This document shows, piece after piece, positions 19,865 through 29,793 of a DNA stretch of 64,000 bases. Each line of letters opens with the position of its first letter. Positions within the stretch are counted from its first letter, which is position 1. The DNA lies in the NCBI GenBank assembly GCA_965203905.1, contig CBDBDQ010000005.1:2112001-2176000 (forward strand), read 5' to 3'. Source of the DNA: Spirochaetia bacterium. Its GTDB lineage: Bacteria; Spirochaetota; Spirochaetia; SZUA-6; Bin103. The notes below the pieces were generated by a model that was not told the DNA's origin, made no database searches, and worked only from the letters and a program-made list of their open reading frames with translations. Made by a program: the position numbers and the translations under genes.

Positions 19865-20983
19865 ATGCGCATAACCTCCGTCACGCCGATCCTCAGCGAC
19901 CAATTTCTCCTGGTGCGGGTCGCTACCGACGAAGGAATCACAGGCAACGGCGAAGCCGGGCTGTGGGCCAGCCACGAGGTGGTGGCGCGCGCCATCGATT
20001 CGCTCGCCGAGTACTTCGTGGGCCAGGATCCGGCCCGTATCGAGCACCATCACCAGGCGGTCTCCCGCGCCAGCCACTTCATGGGCTCGGTGTCGAGTGC
20101 CGCCCTGAGCGCCATCGACGTGGCGCTGTGGGACATCGCCGGCAAGGTGGCGGGACTGCCCGTGCACCGCCTGCTGGGCGGGCCCTGCCGCGATCGCATC
20201 AAGGTGTTCGAGAACGTGGCCGGCGACAGCGTGGAACAGCGCGCCGACCACGCCCGCGCGCTGGTGGAGCAGGGCTTCGTCTCGCTGCGCACCCAGCCTT
20301 TCTTCACCGGCTGGGAGGCGACGGACAGCTCCAGTGCCGTAATCGGGACGGCGGTGGCGATCGTGGCGGCAATCCGCGACGCGATCGGCGACCGCGCCGA
20401 CCTGGGGGTGGAGATCCACCGCAATCTGACGCCCGACGAAGCGATCACGCTGGGCCGCGAGCTGGCCCCGTTTCGCCTCACTTACTACGAGGACCCGTTG
20501 CCGCCGCAGAGCGAGGACGCCCTGGAGTACGTCGCCCGCCACGTTGACGTGCCGCTCGCGGCCGGGGAGCGCAGCTACAGCCTGTACCAGTTCGCCGAGC
20601 TGCTGGAGCGCGGCATTGTCGCATTCGTGCGCGCGGACCTGTCATTGGCCGGAGGCATCACCCAGGCCCGGAAGATCGCCGCGCTGGCGGAAGCGCGCTT
20701 CGTGCGCTACTTCCCGCACCTGATGGGCAGCGCGGTGAACACCATGGCCTTCGCCCAGATCGACGCCGCCATCCCCAACTACTTCGTGCAGGAGGCCAAC
20801 ATCAAGCAGGGGCCGGCGCTGGAGTTGGTCGACGAGCAGCCGCGGGTGGTGGACGGCTACCTGCAGCTACCGCAGCGTCCGGGGATCGGCATCGAAATCG
20901 ACGAGGCGGCGGCGGCCCGGCTGCCATTCCAATCACGGACGGTGCTCGCGGCGCGACACGCCGACGGCTCGGTGCGCCACTGA
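19865..20983 (+). CDS. mandelate racemase/galactonate dehydratase-like enolase-superfamily protein
   Basis: SAIDVALWDIAGK, YEDP, AAGER motifs. Confidence 0.88.
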   Translation: MRITSVTPILSDQFLLVRVATDEGITGNGEAGLWASHEVVARAIDSLAEYFVGQDPARIEHHHQAVSRASHFMGSVSSAALSAIDVALWDIAGKVAGLPVHRLLGGPCRDRIKVFENVAGDSVEQRADHARALVEQGFVSLRTQPFFTGWEATDSSSAVIGTAVAIVAAIRDAIGDRADLGVEIHRNLTPDEAITLGRELAPFRLTYYEDPLPPQSEDALEYVARHVDVPLAAGERSYSLYQFAELLERGIVAFVRADLSLAGGITQARKIAALAEARFVRYFPHLMGSAVNTMAFAQIDAAIPNYFVQEANIKQGPALELVDEQPRVVDGYLQLPQRPGIGIEIDEAAAARLPFQSRTVLAARHADGSVRH

Positions 20984-21073
20984 GCGCACCGTCCACCGGC
21001 GCGGCCACGCCCGCAACGGCGTCGATAGCGCGGCTATCGAGCAGCCTTCCCGGAGTCGACCAGTCCGAGTCAG

Positions 21074-21493
21074 CTATCCGGATAATGTAAACGACCCATC
21101 AGTGCCGTTATAGATCAGGACGAGCTGTTTCAATACGTCTCGCCCGATCAAGGCGACGATTCCCTGTGTCTCGAGGTTGGCTCCAAACGCGCGGTGAGCA
21201 TTGATTTCTCCAAGACCTTGCACCTGGATCTGCCCGGCAAAAATCGGCACGATCTGTTCCGCGTGGGTGGCCGACGCCATTTTTCCGCTGCCTACCGTCG
21301 GCAGTAGCGCCTTTTCCGCGGCCGCGCGATCGATACACGTTGTCCTTGCTCCGGTGTCGATCAGGGCGAGTCCTGCAACTGGCGTCGCTTGATGTGCTCC
21401 TTTCGTCTGAGCTATTGGATACAAGACGACCGGGATAACCGGGCCCCTGTGCTCTAAGCTATCAATGGATAATCTAGCATTGAAGACAGGCAC
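21074..21493 (-). CDS. retropepsin-like (clan AA) aspartic protease
   Basis: ALIDTGA...ALIGRDVL. Confidence 0.8.
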   Translation of the reverse strand: MPVFNARLSIDSLEHRGPVIPVVLYPIAQTKGAHQATPVAGLALIDTGARTTCIDRAAAEKALLPTVGSGKMASATHAEQIVPIFAGQIQVQGLGEINAHRAFGANLETQGIVALIGRDVLKQLVLIYNGTDGSFTLSG

Positions 21494-21751
21494 TCAGAAC
21501 AACCCAAGTGTAAGCGCAGGAACAACCAGTGTCTCGTCGTCGTCGGGCCGGTGGACAGACCTCACGAGAAAAGGGCCTACGCCAAGCGCCTCAGCACCAG
21601 CTCGAACACCATCGTCGTACGTCTCGAACGCACCGATCACACTCTCACCCTGGATTACCAGGTACTTACCGGGGTACTTTGCGGCTAGCTCGGCTTGGTT
21701 GGTTCTCAGGAATTCTTTCTCCACCCTAAGCGGATCCTGCGTTTCGCTCAT
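21494..21751 (-). CDS. small DUF5678-like protein paired with the aspartic protease
   Basis: ELAAKYPGKYLVIQGESVIG; GGAGG RBS; abuts the protease start. Confidence 0.7.
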   Translation of the reverse strand: MSETQDPLRVEKEFLRTNQAELAAKYPGKYLVIQGESVIGAFETYDDGVRAGAEALGVGPFLVRSVHRPDDDETLVVPALTLGLF

Positions 21752-22067
21752 GGTCTCGTCCTCCAGCGTACTCCCTAACCTATTACAATCGTATGCGGTG
21801 TCAACATGCGCGGCGACGCAACGTAGCGTCACGCGCCAAATCGCCATTAGGCGGTTCTCTGGCTATGCCGTTGTCTGCGTAAGGTCAAGCCGTTAAGCGG
21901 CACGCTCGCCCAGAGTCCAGCACGTTTATGACATACCAGAACCCTGTGGCGAGTAGGCGAGCGACGAGCAAGGGAAGCCCGCCGGTGGACGCATGGGCCC
22001 GTGTTATGAAAACGCCGGCGTACCGCGGGAGCCGCCGCACGCCGGCATGGTGTGCTCTACGCGACTC

Positions 22068-24416
22068 TCAGCGGGCGGTGACCGGCTCCGGTTCCCGTTC
22101 CGCTGCGGCGGTGCCGTTGCCGGAGGCGGCGACCTGGCGCGTGGCCTGTGCGTCGTGCAGCGCCTTGAGCACCCGCGGCGGTGACATCGGCACGCTGTAC
22201 AGGCGCACGCCGACGGCGTCGTAGATGGCGTTGGCGATTGCCGCCAGCGGCTGCACGATGGCGTTCTCGCCCACGCCGCGCACGCCGTAGGGGTGGCGTG
22301 GGTTGGGGACCTCGACCACCACCGTGTCGATCATCGGCAGGTCCAGCGCCACCGGCATGCGGTAGTCCAGGAAGCCGGCGTTTTCCATCACGCCGTTCTC
22401 GTCGAACAGGTACTCCTCGTTGAGCGCCCAGCCGATGCCCTGCACGGCGCCGCCCTGCATCTGGCCTTCCACGTAGCTCTTGTGGATGGCGCGGCCGGCG
22501 TCCTGCGCCACGGTGTAGCGGATCACGTCCACCTTGCCGGTTTCCGGATCCACCTCCACGTCGCAGATGTGGGTGCCGAGCGCCGGCGCCGCGCCCTTGG
22601 CATTCACCGAAGCGTCCGCAGCCAGCGGTCCGCCGGTCTGCGATGCCTTGTCCGCCAGGTCCTTGAGGGTGAGCGGCGCCTCGGTGCCGTTGACCCCCGC
22701 CTTGAGATGGGCGGCGCCGTCGCGCCACTCGACGTCGTCGGGCTGCACGTCCCAGATCTCCGCCGCGCGGCGGCGGGCGTCGGCAATCAGGTTCTGCGCC
22801 GCGTCGTGCACCGCCACCGCGGCCGCGTAAGCGGTGCTGCTGCCGCCGGTGACGCCGTTGAAGCCGATGGCGTCGGTGTCGCCGATCGAGGGCCGCACGC
22901 TCTCCACGTCGATGCCCAGCTCCTCGGCCAGCACCATGGCGTGGCCGGCGCGGGAGCCGCCGATGTCGGGGCGGCCGGTCACCAGCGTCACCTTGCCGTC
23001 CGGCAGCACCGCGATGTGCGCGGTTGCGTCGCCGCCGCCGTTCATCCAGAAGCCGGAGGCGACGCCGCGGCCCTGGTTCGGTCCCAGCGGCGCCTTGTAG
23101 TGGGGGTGGTCGATGCACGCCTGCACCGTCTCCACCATGCCGATCTCGGGGAACACCGGACCGTAGGGCGCCTTGGTGCCCTTCTTGGCGGCGTTCTTGA
23201 GGCGGAACTCCAGCGGGTCCATGTTGATCTGCTCACAGATCTCGTCGATCACGATCTCGCTGGCGTGGGCGGCGTTGGGCGCGCCCGGCGCGCGGTAGGC
23301 GTGCGACTTGGGCTTGTTGACCAGCACGTCGTAGCCGACGATGCGGAAGTTGGCCACGTCGTAGGGGGCGATGAGCGCCATCATGGCGGCGCCCACCGCG
23401 GAGCCCGGGAAGCCGCCGGCCTCGAACCACAGGTCGCAGTCGACCGCGGTGATGCGGCCGTCGCGGGTAGCGCCCATCCTGATGCGGGTGTGGCTGCCGG
23501 GGGCCGGGCCGGTGCCGCGGAACACCTCGTCGCGGGTCATCACCATCTTCACCGGGTGCCCGGTGCGCTGCGCCATCAGGATCGCCATCGGCTCCAGGTA
23601 GACCGTGGTCTTGCCGCCGAAGCCGCCGCCGATCTCGGCCGGGATCGCCCGGATCTGGGAGGGTTCGAGGGCCAGCACCTGGGCCGCGGCGTCGCGGATC
23701 GAGAAGTGCCCCTGGCTGGATACCCACAGGGTGATCTCGCCGCTCTCGGTGGCGCGCGCCATGCAGGCGTGGGTCTCGATGTAGCCCTGGTGCACGGTGC
23801 CGCTGTCGAACTCGTGCTCGATGATCACGTCGGCGGCGTCGAAGCCCTGCTCCAGGTCGCCGCCCTCGAAGGTGTTGGTCGAGGCGACGTTGGAGGGCGC
23901 GGCGTCGGCCTCGCCGTTGGTGCGTTGCGATTCGTCGATCAGCGGCGCGTCGGGGGCGCACGCCTCCATCACGTCCAGCACCACCGGCAGCGGCTCGTAC
24001 TCCACCTTGATCAGCTTGAGCGCCGCGTCGGCCACCGCCGGGCTGACCGCGGCCACCGCCGCCACCGCGTGGCCGTGGTAGCGCACCTTGTCGCGCGCGA
24101 TCACGTTGTGGGCGGTGTCCTTGATGCTGGCCGGCGCCTCCGCGTCGATATGACCGTCGCCGTCGCTGACCTCGGGGAAGTCGGCAGCGGTGATCACGTC
24201 CTTGACCCCTTCCAGGGCGCGCGCCGCGCTGGTGTCGATCGACTTGATGCGGGCGTGGGCGCAGGTGCTGCGCAGCGCCTTGCCGTGCAGCATGCCGGGC
24301 AGGGAGAAGTCAGCGCCATACTGGGCGCGTCCGGTGACCTTGTCGACGCCGTCGTGGCGGACCGGGCGCTTGCCGATCCAGCGGTAGTCGGGCTTGGAGG
24401 TGGTGGTATCGCTCAT
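22068..24416 (-). CDS. xanthine dehydrogenase family molybdopterin-binding subunit
   Basis: KVTGRAQY, IGGGFGGK, AYRAPG, VEGQMQGG, RGVGE motifs. Confidence 0.92.
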   Translation of the reverse strand: MSDTTTSKPDYRWIGKRPVRHDGVDKVTGRAQYGADFSLPGMLHGKALRSTCAHARIKSIDTSAARALEGVKDVITAADFPEVSDGDGHIDAEAPASIKDTAHNVIARDKVRYHGHAVAAVAAVSPAVADAALKLIKVEYEPLPVVLDVMEACAPDAPLIDESQRTNGEADAAPSNVASTNTFEGGDLEQGFDAADVIIEHEFDSGTVHQGYIETHACMARATESGEITLWVSSQGHFSIRDAAAQVLALEPSQIRAIPAEIGGGFGGKTTVYLEPMAILMAQRTGHPVKMVMTRDEVFRGTGPAPGSHTRIRMGATRDGRITAVDCDLWFEAGGFPGSAVGAAMMALIAPYDVANFRIVGYDVLVNKPKSHAYRAPGAPNAAHASEIVIDEICEQINMDPLEFRLKNAAKKGTKAPYGPVFPEIGMVETVQACIDHPHYKAPLGPNQGRGVASGFWMNGGGDATAHIAVLPDGKVTLVTGRPDIGGSRAGHAMVLAEELGIDVESVRPSIGDTDAIGFNGVTGGSSTAYAAAVAVHDAAQNLIADARRRAAEIWDVQPDDVEWRDGAAHLKAGVNGTEAPLTLKDLADKASQTGGPLAADASVNAKGAAPALGTHICDVEVDPETGKVDVIRYTVAQDAGRAIHKSYVEGQMQGGAVQGIGWALNEEYLFDENGVMENAGFLDYRMPVALDLPMIDTVVVEVPNPRHPYGVRGVGENAIVQPLAAIANAIYDAVGVRLYSVPMSPPRVLKALHDAQATRQVAASGNGTAAAEREPEPVTAR

Positions 24417-24476
24417 CTGGTTGCTCCTTCAGCGCGCACAGTGTAGGCAAATCCGCTCACAACGACAATCCTGCAA

Positions 24477-25304
24477 TCACCAGCGGATGATGCGGCGCCG
24501 GCGCTGTTGGAACACGGTCTCGCCGGCGAAGCCCATGGCCTGCAGGCGCGCTGCCACCGCGGCGAATCCGTGGCCGATCTCGTGGCTGCGGTGGGCGTCG
24601 CTGCCGATGCTCACCTCGCGCCCGCCGAGCTCGCGGTAGCGCTGCAGGATCGGCCAGTCGGGGTAGGCCTCCGCCTCTTCGCGCCGCAGCCCGGCGGTGT
24701 TGATCTCGGGCACCACGCCGGCGCTGATCACCGCCTCAAGGATCGGGTCCAGCAGTGCCGGCTCCACGGCGCCCAGCGGCGTGTCCCAGTAGCTGAGCAG
24801 GTAGCGCTTGACGTAGTCGAGGTGGCTGATGATGTCGAACGGACAGCTCCCGGCGGCGGCCAGGTCGCGGCACAGCTCGGCCACTTCCCGCAGTGCGGCC
24901 AGGTAGTGGCGGCGCATCTCCGCGACGCCGAGCTGCTGCCAGCGCCGCCGCAGGTGCAGCGGCCGGCCGCCGCACCAATGCACGCTCAGCAGCACCACGT
25001 CGAAGGGGTGCCGGTCGAGGTAGTCCAGGGTCTCCTCCACCAGCGTCGGCTGGTAGTCCACCTCGATGCCGAAGCCGATGGTCAGCGGCGGCGAGAAGCG
25101 GCGCCGCAGGTCGGCGATCGTGGCCGCGATGGCGTCGTAGTCCCATTGGCACTGGTCGCGCTCGCTGGGGTGCATGTCGTAATGCTCGGTAAACGTGAGA
25201 CCGGTCAGGCCGGCGGCCAGGGCCTGTTCGCAGTTGGCCGCCGGATCCGCCTTGGAGTCGACCGAGTGGCGCGAGTGCAGGTGCTGGTCGTGAAGCTTCA
25301 CCAT
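24477..25304 (-). CDS. PHP-family histidinol phosphate phosphatase (HisK/HisJ-like)
   Basis: DQHLHSRHSVDS, FTEH, EINT, GSDAH motifs. Confidence 0.82.
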   Translation of the reverse strand: MVKLHDQHLHSRHSVDSKADPAANCEQALAAGLTGLTFTEHYDMHPSERDQCQWDYDAIAATIADLRRRFSPPLTIGFGIEVDYQPTLVEETLDYLDRHPFDVVLLSVHWCGGRPLHLRRRWQQLGVAEMRRHYLAALREVAELCRDLAAAGSCPFDIISHLDYVKRYLLSYWDTPLGAVEPALLDPILEAVISAGVVPEINTAGLRREEAEAYPDWPILQRYRELGGREVSIGSDAHRSHEIGHGFAAVAARLQAMGFAGETVFQQRRRRIIRW

Positions 25305-25377
25305 TTCCAATCCTGGAGTATATTACCCGGACACGGTGTGCCGGCGCCGAGCGGGACGGCGCGGGCCCGCGTTTCCA

Positions 25378-27654
25378 ATGAAGGTAGAGCACTACAGCCT
25401 GGTCTGCGACATCGGCGAGCTCAGCGCGCTGTTCCACGAAGCGCTCGACCTGAGCACGTTCCTCCAGCGCACCGCCACGATGGTAGCGGAGCATGTCGAT
25501 GCCGAGGTGTGCTCGATCTACCTCTACGACCCCTCCAGCCGCGAGCTTACCCTGAGCGCCACCCACGGGCTCAACCGCGAGCTGGTGGGGAAGGTGCGCC
25601 TTAAGCTGGGCGAGGGGCTCACCGGCGTGGCGCTCAAGGAGCTCCGCTACATCGTGGAGCCGGTGGCCAGCGCGAGTCCCTTCTACCGCCACGTACCGCA
25701 CCTCAGGGAGGAGGAGTTCGATTGTTTTCTCGCGGTGCCGCTGCTGCGCGGCATTACCCGGGTCGGCGTGCTCGTGGTGCAGCGCCGCAAGAACCGCCAG
25801 TTCACCCGCATGGACGTGCAGGGGCTGCGCGCGGTGGGCGCCCAGCTCACCGGTGCGATCGAGAACGCGCGCCTGCTGCTGGGCTCGGCGCCCACTCCCA
25901 GCGAGGGCGACGACTCGCCGCTGGAGTCGATTGCCACCTTCGAAGGCCAGGTGGCTTCCGGAGGGTTGGCGCGCGGCCCGAGCCTGCGGCTGGACCGTGA
26001 AGGCCAGTACGATTCGCTGGCCGTCGCCGAGTACCCCCCAAACCTGACCCTGGATGATTTCCGCGCCGCCATCGGCGCCACCGAGGAGCAGTTGGAGGAG
26101 ATGCAGGCGCAGGTGGGCGAGCGGCTGTCCGACGTCGCCTCCCTGATTTTCTCCTCCCATCTCCTGATTCTCAAGGATCCCGGCTTCACCGAGGCCGTCG
26201 AGCGCCTGATCGGGGAGGGCGTTCCCGTACCCCAGGCAGTGCTGAGGATCTCCAACGAATACATACACCGGTTCCAGTCCAGCAACGTGGGTTTCGTGCG
26301 CGAGAAGGCCAACGACGTGAAGGACCTGGTCACCCGCCTGCTGCACAACATCAGCGACGCCGAGGCCGAGGCCACCGAGTGGCGCGGGCGCATCGTGATC
26401 GCCCGCGAGTTCTTCCCGTCGCAGCTCCTGCGGCTGTCGTCGCAGCAGGCGGCCGGCGTGGTGCTGGTCACCGGTGGGGTCACCTCCCACGTCGCCATCC
26501 TGGCGCGTTCCCTGGTGGTGCCGCTGGTGATCGTCGACGACCCGCGCCTGCTGGCGCTGGCGCCCGGAACCGACATTCTGCTGGATGCCGACCACGGCCG
26601 GGTGTACGTCCGTCCGAGCGAGGCGGTGCTGGCCCACTTCGGCGCCCGGCTCGCCGCGCAGCAGGCGCCGGAGCCGCGCGGCACCATCGAGCCGCAGACC
26701 GCCACCGCGGACGGCACCGTGGTGCGGCTCATGGCCAACGTCAACCTGATGAGCGACGCCGACCTGGCGCGCCAGCTCGGCGCCGAGGGGGTCGGCCTGT
26801 ACCGCACCGAGTTTCCGTTCATGGTGCGCCGCGAGCTGCCTACCGAAGAGGAGCAGTACGCCCTGTACCGCGACCTGGTGGCGCGCTTCCCGCACGGCGA
26901 CATCCTGTTCCGCACCCTCGACATCGGCGGCGACAAGGTGCTCTCCTACTTCCCCGACATGCGCGAGCAGAACCCGTTTCTGGGGGTGCGCTCCATCCGC
27001 TTCAGCCTGCGCAACCGCGACATCTTCACCCAGCAACTGCGCGCCATGCTGCGCGCCAACCGCGGCCGCAAGCTGCACGTGATGTTCCCCATGGTCTCCT
27101 CCATCGAGGAGTTGCGCGCCGGCCGCTCCGCGGTGGAGCAGTGCGCCGCCGAGTTGCGCGAGGAAGACCATCAGATCAGCACCGAGGTGGCGGTCGGCGC
27201 GATGGTCGAGGTACCCTCCATGGTACCGATGATCGACGACTTCGCGCGCGAGGCGGACTTCCTCTCCATCGGCACCAATGACCTGATCCAGTACCTGCTG
27301 GCGGTGGACCGCACCAACGAGAAGGTGGCTCACCTCTACCTGCCGCACCACCCGGCCGTGCTGCGCACCCTGCATGCGCTGGTCACGGCGTGCACCCGTC
27401 ACGGGGTGGAGGTGTCGGTGTGCGGTGACATGGCGCACCAGGCCCAGTACCTGCCGTTCCTGGTCGGCATCGGGGTGCGCAGCCTGAGCGTGGAGCCGAT
27501 CTACCTGCCGGCGGTGCAGGCGGCCATCTCCGGCATCGAACTGGTGGCCGCCGAAGCCCTGGCCGAACGCATGGTGGCCGCCACCACGGTGGAGGAGGTG
27601 GCACAACTGCTCCCCGTCGAGGAGCTGGACACCGAAAACCTGCTGTGGGTGTAG
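25378..27654 (+). CDS. ptsP: GAF-domain phosphoenolpyruvate-protein phosphotransferase (EI-Ntr-like)
   Basis: N-terminal GAF domain; TSHVAILAR, GVGLYRTE, NPFLGVRSIR, SIGTNDL, VCG motifs. Confidence 0.9.
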   Translation: MKVEHYSLVCDIGELSALFHEALDLSTFLQRTATMVAEHVDAEVCSIYLYDPSSRELTLSATHGLNRELVGKVRLKLGEGLTGVALKELRYIVEPVASASPFYRHVPHLREEEFDCFLAVPLLRGITRVGVLVVQRRKNRQFTRMDVQGLRAVGAQLTGAIENARLLLGSAPTPSEGDDSPLESIATFEGQVASGGLARGPSLRLDREGQYDSLAVAEYPPNLTLDDFRAAIGATEEQLEEMQAQVGERLSDVASLIFSSHLLILKDPGFTEAVERLIGEGVPVPQAVLRISNEYIHRFQSSNVGFVREKANDVKDLVTRLLHNISDAEAEATEWRGRIVIAREFFPSQLLRLSSQQAAGVVLVTGGVTSHVAILARSLVVPLVIVDDPRLLALAPGTDILLDADHGRVYVRPSEAVLAHFGARLAAQQAPEPRGTIEPQTATADGTVVRLMANVNLMSDADLARQLGAEGVGLYRTEFPFMVRRELPTEEEQYALYRDLVARFPHGDILFRTLDIGGDKVLSYFPDMREQNPFLGVRSIRFSLRNRDIFTQQLRAMLRANRGRKLHVMFPMVSSIEELRAGRSAVEQCAAELREEDHQISTEVAVGAMVEVPSMVPMIDDFAREADFLSIGTNDLIQYLLAVDRTNEKVAHLYLPHHPAVLRTLHALVTACTRHGVEVSVCGDMAHQAQYLPFLVGIGVRSLSVEPIYLPAVQAAISGIELVAAEALAERMVAATTVEEVAQLLPVEELDTENLLWV

Positions 27655-28608
27655 TTACCCGCTGACCACGTTGCGCGGCGTGCCGGCGATGAAGGCGCGG
27701 ATGTTCTCCACGCTCTCGTCGATCAGCGTCTGCCGCGCCTCGCGGGTGGACCAGGCGCTGTGCGGGGTGATGATGATGTTGGGCGCCTCCAGCAGCGGGT
27801 TGCCGGCGCTGGGTGGCTCCTCCGTGAGGACGTCGAAACCGGCCCCGGCCAGGCGGCCGGCGTGCAGCGCCGCGGCCAGCGCCGCTTCGTCGACGATGCC
27901 GCCGCGCGCCGTGTTGATCAGGTAGGCGGAAGGCTTCATCCGCGCCAGCGCCGCGGCGTCGATCAGGTTGCGGGTCTCGTCGGTGAGCGGGCTGTGGACG
28001 GTCACGAAGTCGGACTCGGCCAGCAGCTCGTCGAGCGGGGTGTTGGCGTAGGGGCTGTCGTGGATGGGAAAGGCGTCGTGCGCCAGGATGCGCATGCCGA
28101 AGCCCTCGGCGATGCGCGCCACGCCGCGGCCGATCACTCCGAAACCGATGATGCCGATGGCCAGCCCCTTGAGCTCGAAGGTGGGGTAGCGCAGCAGCGT
28201 GAACGAAGAGCTGCGCTGCCAGTCGCCGCGGGCCACGTCGGCGGCGTAGCGGTACGCCTTGGTGGCGAGGTTGAGGATCAGCGCAAAGGCGTGCTGCGGC
28301 ACGGTGTCGCCGGCGTAGCCGGCAACGTTGCTCACCGTGACGCCGGCGCCACGGGCGGCTTCCAGGTCGACGTTGTTGTAGCCGGTGGCGCTCACCGCCA
28401 CCAGGCGCAGGTCGTCCAGCGCCTCGAACACGGCCGCGGTGATCAGCGCCTTGTTGACCACGATCACCTCGCTGGCGGCGCCGTGCTCGATGATCTCGGC
28501 CACCGAGCCGTTGGGCAGGCTGTGATACTCGCCCAGCGCCTGGAGACCGGAGAAGTCGATGTCTCCGTTCAGGCTGATGTCGGTATCATCCGCGAACAGG
28601 ATGCGCAT
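27655..28608 (-). CDS. D-2-hydroxyacid (glycerate) dehydrogenase
   Basis: ATGYNNVD, GFGVIG, INTARG, TPHSAW motifs. Confidence 0.88.
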   Translation of the reverse strand: MRILFADDTDISLNGDIDFSGLQALGEYHSLPNGSVAEIIEHGAASEVIVVNKALITAAVFEALDDLRLVAVSATGYNNVDLEAARGAGVTVSNVAGYAGDTVPQHAFALILNLATKAYRYAADVARGDWQRSSSFTLLRYPTFELKGLAIGIIGFGVIGRGVARIAEGFGMRILAHDAFPIHDSPYANTPLDELLAESDFVTVHSPLTDETRNLIDAAALARMKPSAYLINTARGGIVDEAALAAALHAGRLAGAGFDVLTEEPPSAGNPLLEAPNIIITPHSAWSTREARQTLIDESVENIRAFIAGTPRNVVSG

Positions 28609-28664
28609 GGGTGGCGATCCTCCTGTATCTCCTGCTTCCGGTCAACGAGCCCGCATCAGTCGCA

Positions 28665-29714
28665 TCAGTCGTCAAAAATCACCTCCCTGCCGCTGGCCGC
28701 CGAGGAGTAGATCGCGTCCAGCACCCGCTGCACGGTCAACGCCTGCTCCAGGGTGACGCAGGCCTCCTCGCGCCCCAGGATCAGGTTCACGAAGTGGTGG
28801 AAGCGGTTGGCGTGCGGGTAGGTGAGCGCGCCGGCGTCCGGTGAATCGATGATGTGGTAGCCGTCGGCCTGCTGCCGGTAGAGCCGTTCGCCGTAGGTGT
28901 CGACGGCTCCCTCGGTGCCGTAGAGCTCGACGTTCATGGCACTGCGCTGCTCGGAGTGCATCGCCCACACTGCGTCGAGCACCACGCTGGCGCCGCTCTT
29001 GAGCTTGATGATGGCGGTGGCGAAGTCGTCCACGTCGAAACGTGCGTCGGGTCGCTCCGAGAGGCCCCAGCCGCCCTCGCCCCTGCCGCGCGGCCCGAAC
29101 TCGGCGTACGTGGCCCCGGATACGGAGTGCACCGCGAAGTCGCCGAGCTCGTAGAGGGCGTCGTCCAGCATGTGCACGCCGATGTCGAGCAGGCCGCCGC
29201 CGCCGGAGTGCTGCTTGCGGGTGAACCAGCTCCCGATCCCGGGGATGCCGGTGCGCCGGCGCCAGTACGCCTTGCAGTGGTAGGGCCGGCCGATGCGTCC
29301 CTGCTGCACCAGTTGTCGGGCGCGCTGCACCGGCGGCGCGAAGCGCTGGTTCATGCCCAGCATGAAGTGCTTGTCCGACTGCCGCGCCGCCGCGGCCAGC
29401 GGCGCCGCGTCCTCCAGGCTGAGCGCCAGCGGCTTCTCCTGCAGCACGTGCTTGCCCGCCTCCAGCGCCAGGGTGCTGATCGGCGCGTGCAGGTAGTTCG
29501 GCACGGCGATATACACCGCATCCACGGTATCCAGCGCCACCAGCTGCTCGGCACTCTCCAGCACCGTGCTCACCCCGAAGCGGGCCGCGAACGCGGTCAC
29601 CCGTTCGCGGCTGGGGTCGGCGACGGCGACCAGCTCCGCGTCGGGGTTCTCGATGATGGCGGCGGCGCCGCCGGCGGCCACCCCACCGGTGCCAATGATC
29701 CCAAACCGAATCAT
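28665..29714 (-). CDS. Gfo/Idh/MocA oxidoreductase
   Basis: GIIGTG, HVLQEKP, GGGLLDIGVH motifs. Confidence 0.9.
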   Translation of the reverse strand: MIRFGIIGTGGVAAGGAAAIIENPDAELVAVADPSRERVTAFAARFGVSTVLESAEQLVALDTVDAVYIAVPNYLHAPISTLALEAGKHVLQEKPLALSLEDAAPLAAAARQSDKHFMLGMNQRFAPPVQRARQLVQQGRIGRPYHCKAYWRRRTGIPGIGSWFTRKQHSGGGGLLDIGVHMLDDALYELGDFAVHSVSGATYAEFGPRGRGEGGWGLSERPDARFDVDDFATAIIKLKSGASVVLDAVWAMHSEQRSAMNVELYGTEGAVDTYGERLYRQQADGYHIIDSPDAGALTYPHANRFHHFVNLILGREEACVTLEQALTVQRVLDAIYSSAASGREVIFDD

Positions 29715-29793
29715 GCCGCTACGTTAGCCGCCGTTGCCCACCGTGCCTACCATGGTGGCTCGCCTTTCGTCCCCGGCGTAGTACTATGGGCCC

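Noticed and set aside
21770-22060. Possible integron attC site next to the protease cassette (CCCTAAC ... GTTATGA)
   Set aside because: No convincing complementary L/R boxes and no integron integrase in the window.
24736-27606. 956-aa ORF antisense to ptsP (and similar long shadows over valS, xdh, ggt and the DMG oxidase)
   Set aside because: Stop-poor antisense frames are expected in high-GC coding DNA, and these carry no protein motifs.
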